From a virus (taxonomy: Duplodnaviria; Caudoviricetes): a stretch of DNA of 35,939 nucleotides. The notes under the pieces were generated by a model. The model was given only the letters and a program-made list of their open reading frames with translations. It was not told the DNA's origin and ran no database searches. Below, one piece after another: positions 9,134 through 17,222 of this stretch. The stretch covers positions 1-35,939 of the IMG/VR virus record IMGVR_UViG_3300020044_006332. One strand, given 5' to 3'. Within the stretch, counting starts at the first letter, position 1; every line of letters begins with the position of its first letter. Position numbers and translations under genes: made by a program.

Positions 9134-9586
9134 TCAGGGTGACTCGGCGAAGTCCATGAGCGGCCGGCCAGAGTAGCGGAACGATGCGCCGGATGCGGTA
9201 GCGAACGATGTGGCTCCGGTGTCGTCGGCGTCGGCGTTGTTGTTCGCGAGGTCGTCGAGGAAATTCTCGGCGGCCTCCACGGCGAGCTTCCGGTCATCGC
9301 CGTTGAACTCGGCGAGCGACGGGAAGGCGTCGGTCAGCAGCCGGCGGGCGATGGCGTAGGCGTGCCGCTGCGCTCCTGGCGGAATGAACAGCCCGGTGTT
9401 CACGAGCGGCCCGAGGCCACGCTTGCGGCGGCCGGAGTTGATGCGGGAGACAAACTCCGCAGCGACTTGAGACAGCACCTCTGCGAGTTTCGCGTCAGGC
9501 GTCGGCGACTCTTCGACCAGCCGGTCGAGTTCGTCGTTGCCGAGGCGGTCGCGGAAGGAATCAACGGTGAGTGCAATCCAAGCCAT
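9134..9586 (-). CDS. Head-tail adaptor, Mu gp36-like (putative)
   Basis: MAWIALT..D...RL...E start, helical, A...L..LA near the C-terminus; follows the capsid genes. Confidence 0.6.
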   Translation of the reverse strand: MAWIALTVDSFRDRLGNDELDRLVEESPTPDAKLAEVLSQVAAEFVSRINSGRRKRGLGPLVNTGLFIPPGAQRHAYAIARRLLTDAFPSLAEFNGDDRKLAVEAAENFLDDLANNNADADDTGATSFATASGASFRYSGRPLMDFAESP

Positions 9587-9591
9587 GGGTC

Positions 9592-9633
9592 AGAAAAGGA
9601 AAAGCGGCCCGCCCGCATGACCGGCGGGCCGCT
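9592..9633 (-). terminator. Rho-independent terminator after the capsid/cement genes
   Basis: AGCGGCCCGCC/GGCGGGCCGCT 11-bp stem (9603-9633) followed by TTTCCTTTTCT on the minus strand. Confidence 0.8.
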
Positions 9634-9647
9634 GTGAAGTGGTTCGA

Positions 9648-10046
9648 TCAGAACAGGAGCTTGGCCACCATGCTGCCGGTCACGGTGCCAGCGGTCGCGG
9701 TCATCGTCTGCGCGATGCGGACATACCGGCGGGTGTTGGCAGGAACGCGGAAGCGGACGGTCTTCGCCACGATGCCAGATCCGTCAGCGGTCTGGGTGGT
9801 CGAGATCGCCGGGTCGACAGCGAGCCAGTTCGTGCCGTCTGCGCTGTCTTGCAGCGCGTAGGTGACGACCTTTGTGGAGGTGATGCCGGCGGCAGTCGGA
9901 GCGGCGAGTTCAAAAACCACTGCCCCGATGTCGCCACCCACGGCCTGTTCAAGGTCGAAGGATGCAGTGTTGGCACCCGCTTGCGCGATTGCCACCGTCG
10001 AGGTGAAGTTGAGGTCTTGCTGGTTGCGATTGAATTCGAAGGCCAT
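9648..10046 (-). CDS. Capsid cement/decoration protein (Bbp16-like, 132 aa)
   Basis: Start reassigned to MAFEFNRNQQD; LQDSADGTNW and RRYVRI motifs; directly after the major capsid gene. Confidence 0.7.
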   Translation of the reverse strand: MAFEFNRNQQDLNFTSTVAIAQAGANTASFDLEQAVGGDIGAVVFELAAPTAAGITSTKVVTYALQDSADGTNWLAVDPAISTTQTADGSGIVAKTVRFRVPANTRRYVRIAQTMTATAGTVTGSMVAKLLF

Positions 10047-10054
10047 AATGGTGA

Positions 10055-10996
10055 TTAGCTGAGGGTTTCGGTGTCCGAGATGGAGTCGGTGATGATGATC
10101 GGGATGCCGAACGACTCGGTTGGAACACCTGGAAGGATGCCGGTGAAGGCCTCCTGCTTGGTGCTGGCGGTCATCGTGCGGCTGATTTGCAGCTGGTAGG
10201 CCGAGCGGCGGGACATGAGCAGGTGAGTCGGGCGCTCGCCGACCGGGAACTTGCTCAGGAGTTCGGCGATCTTCGCGTCGGTGAGACGTGCGCCGGCTTC
10301 TGCCGCGGTGATGTCCTTCAAGCGGCCCACGGCGTATTTGTTGACGCACTGGAAGCCGATCCACGCGGTCAGGTCGCTAATGAAGGCAGCGTAACGCTTG
10401 GAGTTGGCATCGACTGCGTCGCCTTCCCGGAAGGCCGAGAGGTCGAACGTGGTGCCGTTGCCGTAGACGTATTGGACGCCGGTGACTCCAGCCTTGATGG
10501 CGTAGACGGACGAGCCGGTGCCTACGGTGGTGCCGCCGGCATCGACGACAAGCTCGGTGCCGAAGCTGGTCACCATCTCTTGCAGTCCGAAGAAGCCCTT
10601 GGCTCCTGCGGCGGTGCCGTAGATCGTCTGCGAGCCGACAGTCGAGAGCGCGGCGCGCATGACGCCGGCGGCTTCGATGGCCTGGATGGCTTCAGGCCCG
10701 TCTTCGTAGCCACGGGCGACTGCCTTGTCCACCTCCACGCGAGCGGAGAGGATGAAGCACTCGACGAGGCGCTCGGTGAAGTTCGACTTGGTGGCGTCCG
10801 TGCCTTCGTTGGCAGCGCGGAACCCGACAGCGGGACGGCTGTTGCGGATGACTGTCTTGTAGCTCGTGCCACGAATGGTCCGGGCCGGGATGATCGTCAC
10901 TTCCGGCGAAGCGGTTGCGACTTCCTCGATCAGGCCGACGATCGGGTCGGCGCCGTTCAGCTTGGCGAGGTCAAGCAGGGTCAAGTTGTTGGGCAT
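10055..10996 (-). CDS. Major capsid protein (313 aa)
   Basis: LTLLDLAK N-terminus, FRAANEG, EVDKAVA, FGIPIIITDSI..TE C-terminus (BPP-1-like capsid family); follows the protease/scaffold gene. Confidence 0.88.
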   Translation of the reverse strand: MPNNLTLLDLAKLNGADPIVGLIEEVATASPEVTIIPARTIRGTSYKTVIRNSRPAVGFRAANEGTDATKSNFTERLVECFILSARVEVDKAVARGYEDGPEAIQAIEAAGVMRAALSTVGSQTIYGTAAGAKGFFGLQEMVTSFGTELVVDAGGTTVGTGSSVYAIKAGVTGVQYVYGNGTTFDLSAFREGDAVDANSKRYAAFISDLTAWIGFQCVNKYAVGRLKDITAAEAGARLTDAKIAELLSKFPVGERPTHLLMSRRSAYQLQISRTMTASTKQEAFTGILPGVPTESFGIPIIITDSISDTETLS

Positions 10997-11002
10997 GGGA
11001 TG

Positions 11003-11983
11003 TTAGGATTGGGATTGAGCTTTGAAGGCGGCTTCCACGCGGGCGAGGCCGGTGAGAACTGGGCCTTGGGGCGGTTCTTCGGAACGGCCTGCGAGGACCG
11101 TCTTGCCCGAGAGAGCTTGGTTGACGGGAATGGCATTGAGCGCCTTGATCGCGTCGGGATTGCTGGTGATCGACGAGCGCCAGAATGCCTTCGTCGCTTC
11201 GTCCTGTGGGGCGATGCGGCCGGCCTTGATGGCTTCGTCGATGGCAGCGTCGGCAGATGCCGAGGCCTTCATCGCGAGTTCGTCCTTGAGCGACTTGTTC
11301 GCGGCTTCGAGTTCGTCGTAGCGCAGCTTGATGTCGGCCAGTTCATCCTCTGCGGATTTCTTGGCGACGTTGGCGGCTTCGACGGTTTCGACCTGCGCGG
11401 CGGATTCCCGAAGGGAGGCGAGCGCGGCCTTGGCGGTTTCGAGAGCTTGATCGGGCGCGCAAGACGCCTCCACAAGTCCCAATTCGATCAGATGATCCAT
11501 GGTATTTGATTGAGGTTGATGGGATGCGGCGATGCGCGGGATCTCCTCGAATGCCGGGTCATTGACCAGGCTGCCGATCTCCCCGCGACCGGTGAGTCCG
11601 GTGGGGATGCCGTCTTTGGAAACGAGGAAGGTTGGGGAAAAATACGAGTAGTCGCGGCCTTCGATGGCGGCGCGGCCGGCGCTGGTCCAATCGACATCGA
11701 GCATCAGTCCGACGCCGGCTTCGTAGCGGAAGCCCTGCGGGATGAACGACGCGGCACCAGGCTTGTGATCGAACCCGGCGAATGGCCGGACGTTCGACTC
11801 CATCCGCTTCGCCAGATCCTCGGCGAATCCAGCCAGAACCCGCTCGTCAACGGTGACGGTCAGCGTCTTCGGTTTGCCGCCGACGCTCGCGGTGATCGTG
11901 TGAGTCCCCTCGGGGAGGAACACGATTGATCCGGCTTCGGAAAGCTCGGACTGGAACGCGGAGTTGACTGTGAGGCCCGTCAT
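11003..11983 (-). CDS. Mu gpI-like prohead protease/scaffold (326 aa)
   Basis: FDH, VDWTSAGRAAIEGRDYSYFSPTF and LVNDPAF motifs; AIKAGRIAP scaffold motif; start set at MTGLTVNS. Confidence 0.85.
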   Translation of the reverse strand: MTGLTVNSAFQSELSEAGSIVFLPEGTHTITASVGGKPKTLTVTVDERVLAGFAEDLAKRMESNVRPFAGFDHKPGAASFIPQGFRYEAGVGLMLDVDWTSAGRAAIEGRDYSYFSPTFLVSKDGIPTGLTGRGEIGSLVNDPAFEEIPRIAASHQPQSNTMDHLIELGLVEASCAPDQALETAKAALASLRESAAQVETVEAANVAKKSAEDELADIKLRYDELEAANKSLKDELAMKASASADAAIDEAIKAGRIAPQDEATKAFWRSSITSNPDAIKALNAIPVNQALSGKTVLAGRSEEPPQGPVLTGLARVEAAFKAQSQS

Positions 11984-11990
11984 CTGCCGA

Positions 11991-12013
11991 ATCCTTAGTA
12001 AATTGCTCAGGAT
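11991..12013. promoter_or_regulatory. 23-bp palindromic site, copy 2, upstream of the protease/capsid genes
   Basis: ATCCTTAGTAAATTGCTCAGGAT, 20/23 identical to 14504-14526; preceded on the minus strand by TTGACT. Confidence 0.65.
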
Positions 12014-12029
12014 AGTCAACATTCGAATT

Positions 12030-12635
12030 TTAGGCTCCCTCGAACGACTGGATGAGGCTGTCGAGCGCCTCGTTTACGAAAGCGTCAAGGTAGGATGCCT
12101 CGGGCGGCAAAGCACCCGGCCACGGGCGTTGCGTGATGCTCTTCTTAAGCGCGTAGGCGGCCTTTACGTCTGCGGTCTGCTCGTCCACATACATGAGCAT
12201 TCCTCTCGCTTGGAACAGCGGCGCGATCGTGCGGGCGAACGTCTTCGCGTCCAGCCCGTGCGCCTTCGGATCGACCGGGATCGTGAGGAACTTCTTGCGC
12301 TTCGCTCGGATCGTCCCGCCGGTGACTTTGTGCGCGAGGCCGACAGTCCCGTTGACGAAAGACGCCGTGTAACTGTTCGTCTGCTTCATCGACCATCCGG
12401 TTTCCGTGGATCGCCACCACTGCGTCACCTTCCGGCCCGGTCCATGCGTCGGCAGTGACGGGTTGACCCAGAACGGGCGGCCCTTGGTGCGGTAGTAACC
12501 CTTGATGACGTTAAGCGCGGCGATGCCTCCATCGGCCACAGCCTGCCTTCGCTGTGCCGGTGCCGAGAGTTTGATCGCCGCCAGCTTCGCCTCCTGCGCG
12601 CCGGTGATCGCCACGTTGACGTTCAGGCTAGACAT
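12030..12635 (-). CDS. Virion morphogenesis protein (Mu gpG-like, 201 aa)
   Basis: GGTIRAKRKKFLTIP and LKKSITQRPWP motifs; start set at MSSLNVNV. Confidence 0.7.
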   Translation of the reverse strand: MSSLNVNVAITGAQEAKLAAIKLSAPAQRRQAVADGGIAALNVIKGYYRTKGRPFWVNPSLPTHGPGRKVTQWWRSTETGWSMKQTNSYTASFVNGTVGLAHKVTGGTIRAKRKKFLTIPVDPKAHGLDAKTFARTIAPLFQARGMLMYVDEQTADVKAAYALKKSITQRPWPGALPPEASYLDAFVNEALDSLIQSFEGA

Positions 12636-12867
12636 TGCGCTCGATCCCTCGGATAACAGCCTCGCCGATCTCCGCTTCCAGAGCGTCGGCCAGTGCCTTT
12701 TGGTTGAGCATCGAGAACATGCGCGGGACGCCGGCCACGGCCTCATCGACCAGCGCCATGAACGCGCCCGGAGTCATCGTCTGGCTCTGCTCGATCAAGT
12801 CGCCGAGCAGCTCGTCCATCGGGGCGAGCCATTCGGCTGCGAGGTCACGCATGTCCTGCTTGGTCAT
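12628..12867 (-). CDS. Small helical protein resembling a detached DUF935 portal C-terminus (79 aa)
   Basis: MTKQDMRDLAAEWLAPM...VPRMFSMLNQKALADALEAEIGEA; ATGA overlap with the portal stop. Confidence 0.6.
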   Translation of the reverse strand: MTKQDMRDLAAEWLAPMDELLGDLIEQSQTMTPGAFMALVDEAVAGVPRMFSMLNQKALADALEAEIGEAVIRGIERNV

Positions 12868-14495
12868 TCTTGCTCGATGAGTTTCATCTTGGACTTCGCC
12901 CAGCGGTAGCCGGCGTCGCCGCCCCAGCCGTGCCATGCCTGCCAGCCTTTGCCCTTCGCCGGCCACGTCTCGCCGCTCTTGTCCACCTCGTGACGAGCGA
13001 AGAACGAGACCATGCGCTGCACGGTGTCGGGCGTCAGGTTGGCCCGGTTCGCGATGTCGCGGGCGCGGGCGATCCCGACAGCGGTCATGCCTCGCTCGCT
13101 GGCGGGTTTCGTGCGGCGGATATCGAGCGCCTCCTGCGCGTTCGCTGCCATCTCGGCGGTCGGTCGCAGGTCGATCTCGTCGAGCCTGGCGGCCGCGAGT
13201 GGGTCGAGTTCGTCGATCAGGTCGTCCTCCATGTCATCCTCGCCAAAGATCGACTCACCGTCCACCGGCTCCGGGATCTCCAGCTCTTCATAGACCCATT
13301 TCGCAGGCATCTTAACGCCGGTTTCGACGAGGATCTTGAACCGCTCGGCGGCAGCCTTGGCGTCCTTCACGCGAGGAATGACGATCTCGGCGTATGGCAT
13401 ATCCTCGGCGGGGACATTGCCGAAGTTGAGTCGCACGATGGCCGGGATCAACTGCTCGGTGATGATCGCAGCCGTCCACGACGCGACGGATTGAAGCACC
13501 TCGGTGCGGATCCCGTCATGCACTTCGCCGAGCGCGCGCGAGCCGGTGCCGGTGTTGTCGGTCGTGAGCGTCTGACCGAGTAGCAGGATGTCGCAGGCGC
13601 GATCCGCCACGTCCATCAGGTGCGACTGCGGCATGGAGTCGGCTGCACCGCTCACGCCTTCGAGGATGTTGAGCTTCACGCCGGGACCGGTGACGGCCGA
13701 TCCGGTGCTGCCGACGTTTTCGAGCATGGCCTCAGCCGCGTCCATCGCGCCCTCGCTGCCGTCAGTCTCGACGTGCCTCCACGGGACGCCGAAGAGCTGG
13801 GCATACTGCATCAGCCATCCGAGGCCGTAGACGCTGGCGAGCCAGTATTTCGTCAGCGTTCGCAGGTTCGCAGCGTGGATCGGGTGAGTGCCGCCTTGCG
13901 ACCAGACGGCGATCAGGAAGCGATCCGGCGGGAAGTCTTCGAGCGGGCTGTTGTTCGCTCCACCTGGCGCAACCATGAGCCGGTCGATCTCGTTCCCTGC
14001 GGATGGATACGCGAGATACTTCGCCGGCACCGGCGCGTAGCAGCGAGGTGAGACGATCCCGTTCTGCACGTGCCACGCGATCTCCAGCACGCTGATGCCC
14101 TTGGCGTAGGCGTCGATGAGGGCGCGGATCCCGCCTTCCATGTCGAGTTCCCAGTAGCCTGGGCGCGGAGCAAATGACTCCATTGCTCGCTCGACGGTCT
14201 CGTAGATGCGTAGCGACTGCGGCGTCGGTTCCTCGGCATCCTCGCGGACAGCCGGCTTGATCTCGATCTCCAGCCGGGCGACGGCGCCGCTGACCTCGTT
14301 GAGCGCCTTGCGCAGCCGAGGCCATGTGTCGAGCATCAGCCGGAAGAGCCGGTCCTGATCCTCCAGCTTGCCGGTGCGGACGTTGCGCAGGATCGTGCGG
14401 ACCTGCTCAGGGGTGACGTTCGACAGGTCGAAGTCGTTCGTGCGATATTGCGCCGGCACCGGCCAGACAACGCCTTTTCGTTCGTCGATGGTCAT
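12864..14495 (-). CDS. Portal protein, DUF935 / Mu gp29-like, with extra C-terminal domain (543 aa)
   Basis: GISVLEIAW, WLMQYAQLFGVP, ILLLGQTLTTD..GSRALGEVH and EQLIPAIVRLNFG motifs. Confidence 0.9.
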   Translation of the reverse strand: MTIDERKGVVWPVPAQYRTNDFDLSNVTPEQVRTILRNVRTGKLEDQDRLFRLMLDTWPRLRKALNEVSGAVARLEIEIKPAVREDAEEPTPQSLRIYETVERAMESFAPRPGYWELDMEGGIRALIDAYAKGISVLEIAWHVQNGIVSPRCYAPVPAKYLAYPSAGNEIDRLMVAPGGANNSPLEDFPPDRFLIAVWSQGGTHPIHAANLRTLTKYWLASVYGLGWLMQYAQLFGVPWRHVETDGSEGAMDAAEAMLENVGSTGSAVTGPGVKLNILEGVSGAADSMPQSHLMDVADRACDILLLGQTLTTDNTGTGSRALGEVHDGIRTEVLQSVASWTAAIITEQLIPAIVRLNFGNVPAEDMPYAEIVIPRVKDAKAAAERFKILVETGVKMPAKWVYEELEIPEPVDGESIFGEDDMEDDLIDELDPLAAARLDEIDLRPTAEMAANAQEALDIRRTKPASERGMTAVGIARARDIANRANLTPDTVQRMVSFFARHEVDKSGETWPAKGKGWQAWHGWGGDAGYRWAKSKMKLIEQE

Positions 14496-14503
14496 TCTTG
14501 AGC

Positions 14504-14526
14504 ATCCTTAGCAACTTGCTAAGGAT
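14504..14526. promoter_or_regulatory. Perfect 23-bp palindrome upstream of the portal gene
   Basis: ATCCTTAGCAA-C-TTGCTAAGGAT, 8 nt before the portal ATG; TTGCCA just upstream on the minus strand. Confidence 0.7.
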
Positions 14527-14562
14527 TTGGCAAGGGTAGGGATTTACAGCCGAACGTCGGAA

Positions 14563-14622
14563 TTTTGTTGCACTTCCGCAACAATGGAGCATGTTCAGCG
14601 CGTCAACCGACACCACCAACCG
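14563..14622 (+). promoter_or_regulatory. Putative early-type promoter/operator and leader of the methyltransferase cassette
   Basis: TTGCAC-N16-CATGTT; inverted repeat TGTTGC-N6-GCAACA (14566-14583); CGTCAACCGACACCA is identical to 29056-29070 on the minus strand. Confidence 0.6.
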
Positions 14623-14808
14623 ATGAGCCAACCATTCACCACCCTCGACGAAGTGAAGCAAGCAGTCCGGAACGGCCAGGTCGTTCACTGGACGAATGCG
14701 GGTTACACCGTCAAGATCGACCGCGACGGCGATTTCATCGTGCGGTGCTTCAACGGCAGCGCGTCCATCCTGCGCAAGCACAACCCTAGCGACTTCTTCA
14801 CAACGTGA
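14623..14808 (+). CDS. Small hypothetical protein (61 aa)
   Basis: MSQPFTTLDEVKQAVRNGQVVHWTNAGYTV; C/A-rich leader; GTGA overlap with the methyltransferase start. Confidence 0.65.
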   Translation: MSQPFTTLDEVKQAVRNGQVVHWTNAGYTVKIDRDGDFIVRCFNGSASILRKHNPSDFFTT

Positions 14809-15638
14809 AGCACCTCGACCTTTGCAGCGGAATCGGAGGCTTTGCATTAGCCGCTAGAATGAACGGAATCGAAACCGTGGCGTTCGCGGAACCCGATCCG
14901 TTTTGCTGCGCCGTTCTCGAAAAGAACTTCCCCGGAATCGTAAACTATGGACACCTCGAAAACATCTACGTCGATACAGGGGACTATGTTCGATGCGAAT
15001 GCTGCGACAACTACTGGTGCGAAAGGCACGAAGCGCACCTCGGTGAATGCCCGTGCGTCACGGAAGGAATGTGGGGAGTCGAAGACGAAACAGATTGGCC
15101 AGACCTCATTACTGCTGGATGGCCATGCCAGCCATTTAGTCACGCCGGGAAGCGCAGAGGCTCGAAAGATGACCGTCACCTCTGGCCGCAGGTGCTTCGA
15201 ATTGTTGAAGCTCTCAGGCCCAAGTTTTTCCTGGGCGAGAACGTGGCTGGAATCGTCAGCATGGAACTCGACAAGGTGCTTTCTGACTTGGAGGGCATCG
15301 GTTACTCCTGCCAGGCGTTTGATATTCCGGCTAGTGGAGTCGGAGCCATTCACAAGCGACATCGGATATGGGTGGTTGCCCACTCCAACAAAGAACGAGG
15401 ACGCGGCAGGGAGTCCGAATGGGACGATGCAGGTCATGCTGTCGAACCACCCTTGGATCAGGGAGAATGGTGGCTTGCTCTCCCCAGAGTGGACCGAGAT
15501 TGCAATGGGCTATCCGGCAGGATGGACCGCATTGGCGCGATCGGAAACGCCATCGTCCCGCAAATTGCAGCCAGGTTCATGAGTGGCTTTCTGATGATGG
15601 ATCAGGGCGCTTGCTCGCCGGTGATCACATCGCATTGA
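14805..15638 (+). CDS. DNA (cytosine-5) methyltransferase, alpha polypeptide (lacks motif IX)
   Basis: Motifs I DLCSGIGGF, IV GWPCQPFS, VI GENV, VIII HKRHRIWVV and X AIGNAIVPQ. Confidence 0.92.
   Translation: MKHLDLCSGIGGFALAARMNGIETVAFAEPDPFCCAVLEKNFPGIVNYGHLENIYVDTGDYVRCECCDNYWCERHEAHLGECPCVTEGMWGVEDETDWPDLITAGWPCQPFSHAGKRRGSKDDRHLWPQVLRIVEALRPKFFLGENVAGIVSMELDKVLSDLEGIGYSCQAFDIPASGVGAIHKRHRIWVVAHSNKERGRGRESEWDDAGHAVEPPLDQGEWWLALPRVDRDCNGLSGRMDRIGAIGNAIVPQIAARFMSGFLMMDQGACSPVITSH
14947..15582 (+). CDS. Nested +1-frame ORF: putative methyltransferase beta polypeptide (TRD-like segment + motif IX)
   Basis: 211 codons open within the alpha gene; WLPTP and LSPEWTEIAMGYPAGWT (motif IX-like). 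Exact start uncertain. Confidence 0.7.
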   Translation: MDTSKTSTSIQGTMFDANAATTTGAKGTKRTSVNARASRKECGESKTKQIGQTSLLLDGHASHLVTPGSAEARKMTVTSGRRCFELLKLSGPSFSWARTWLESSAWNSTRCFLTWRASVTPARRLIFRLVESEPFTSDIGYGWLPTPTKNEDAAGSPNGTMQVMLSNHPWIRENGGLLSPEWTEIAMGYPAGWTALARSETPSSRKLQPGS

Positions 15639-16965
15639 ACCCCCGCACCGCCCGAGTCGCCATCGGATTCCGCTGCGTCCTGATCGCCGACTTCTCCGAC
15701 ATCCGGCCGGAGTGGTGAGCGCCCAGCGCGATGCACGCCAGTAGCGCGTCGGCGCGGTCGGGCGACTTCAGGCCCGCCTTCCGCATCTTCTCCTTGTCCT
15801 CGATGCGCAGCTTGCCGGTGGCGTTCCATTCGCTCTTGCGCGTTGTGATCTGCTCGAACGTCAGCCGGTCGAGTTCGCCGAGGTTGATCTCGCCTCGATG
15901 GATCGCAAGCGTGGCGGTGTGCCACACCTCGCCGATCAGGTTGGCATACTCGTCGCTGTCTTTCGCGGCCTGCCCGCCGTGGAACCGGTTGATGTGCCAG
16001 CCCTCCTCGGCCATCTGGCAGACGAACCCTGTGCCGAGGCCGTCAGCATCGCCGAAGATCTGGCCGGGTGTGAGCTTCTCCTCCTCAAAGAGCCGGATAA
16101 ACTGCCTCGCGGCCTGCACGGTGTCCCGCTCCTGCCATGCTTTGACGATCCGGGCCGAGTTGCCACGGCGGATCGCCAGCACGTTCTCGTCCCGGCCGGC
16201 GGCGAAGTCGCAGAACGCCACCACCTCGCCGGACTCGTCGGCCTTCGGCTGCCGGTCGAGGGAGGCGGTCAGCTTTGCCGGCGACAGAACCATCAGCTCG
16301 TCGTCGGCCGTGAACTCGGCAAGGTGCTTCGATCGGAACAGTGGATGATCCTCGCCGTATTTGATGCGGTCGAGATCGCGCCGCTCGTCCGGGATGTGCG
16401 GGCATTCCGTGGACGGAACCCGGCGCGTCCAGTAAAGGCTGCGGTCCTTGTGGTGCGAGTCGTAGAACTGGCCACGTGGTGCGCCAGGTGACGACACCCA
16501 CAGTTGCATGACGCGAGTGCATCGGTCGAACGCCTCGAAGATCTGGTCCGGCACCGTCTTGGCCTCGTCCACGATGAGGAACAGCGGCGCGTCAGGCTCG
16601 CCGTGCCATCCCTCGGCGCGGCCGGCGTCGTCGGTTGAGAAGCCGAGCGCGAAGCCACCTTCAGGCGTGCGCAGCTCGTCGCTGAGGAACGTCCACGATG
16701 GGAACTTGTCGCGGTGCTTGCGGATCGCCGGCCAGAGCTGGTTGCTCAGCTGCCGGAACGATCCCGAGGTGAACACCACCTTGCCCTTCGGCCACTGGTC
16801 AAGGAACCAGATGACGAGCGGAGCGACGAGCCGGTCAGTCTTGCCGGATCCGTTCGCCGCCACGACGGACGAGAACTGGCCGAGCGCCACCGACTCCATC
16901 GCCTCGATCTGCCAGACGTAGGGAATGATGCCGAGCTTGCGGACGCAGAACTGGGTCGGGGTCAT
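15625..16965 (-). CDS. terL: Terminase large subunit (446 aa)
   Basis: Walker A AANGSGKT, Walker B LIVDEA, nuclease motifs FCDFAAGRDENV and SPDRADA; start set at MTPTQFC. Confidence 0.93.
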   Translation of the reverse strand: MTPTQFCVRKLGIIPYVWQIEAMESVALGQFSSVVAANGSGKTDRLVAPLVIWFLDQWPKGKVVFTSGSFRQLSNQLWPAIRKHRDKFPSWTFLSDELRTPEGGFALGFSTDDAGRAEGWHGEPDAPLFLIVDEAKTVPDQIFEAFDRCTRVMQLWVSSPGAPRGQFYDSHHKDRSLYWTRRVPSTECPHIPDERRDLDRIKYGEDHPLFRSKHLAEFTADDELMVLSPAKLTASLDRQPKADESGEVVAFCDFAAGRDENVLAIRRGNSARIVKAWQERDTVQAARQFIRLFEEEKLTPGQIFGDADGLGTGFVCQMAEEGWHINRFHGGQAAKDSDEYANLIGEVWHTATLAIHRGEINLGELDRLTFEQITTRKSEWNATGKLRIEDKEKMRKAGLKSPDRADALLACIALGAHHSGRMSEKSAIRTQRNPMATRAVRGFNAM

Positions 16966-17222
16966 GGCTCGCGGGCCTTGGCCTTGAGATCTTGATACTC
17001 GCACCACCACATAATGGCCGTCTCGTCGAACGTCTTTAGCTCGGCTTCCAGTCGCTTCGCTTCGTGCTTCCAGACGGCTAGCTCGGCATTCATCCGCTCG
17101 GCATGGTAGCACAGCGCGTCCAGAGCTTCACCAGTCGTCTGCGGATACGGCATCGGCTGGTCGCCACCTCGACGCCATGCCTGAAACTCGCGGACGACTT
17201 GGATTGCTTCAGCAAGTTCCAT
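16962..17222 (-). CDS. Hypothetical protein (86 aa)
   Basis: MELAEAIQVVREFQAWRRG; stop overlaps the terL ATG. Confidence 0.6.
   Translation of the reverse strand: MELAEAIQVVREFQAWRRGGDQPMPYPQTTGEALDALCYHAERMNAELAVWKHEAKRLEAELKTFDETAIMWWCEYQDLKAKAREP

Noticed and set aside
2274-14239. Many long plus-strand ORFs (for example 2754-3881 and 10187-11509)
   Set aside because: They are antisense shadows of GC-rich minus-strand genes, Arg/Gly/Pro-rich with no recognisable motifs.
14805-15638. Complete restriction-modification system
   Set aside because: No cognate endonuclease is adjacent; the 61-aa neighbour is too small and lacks nuclease motifs.
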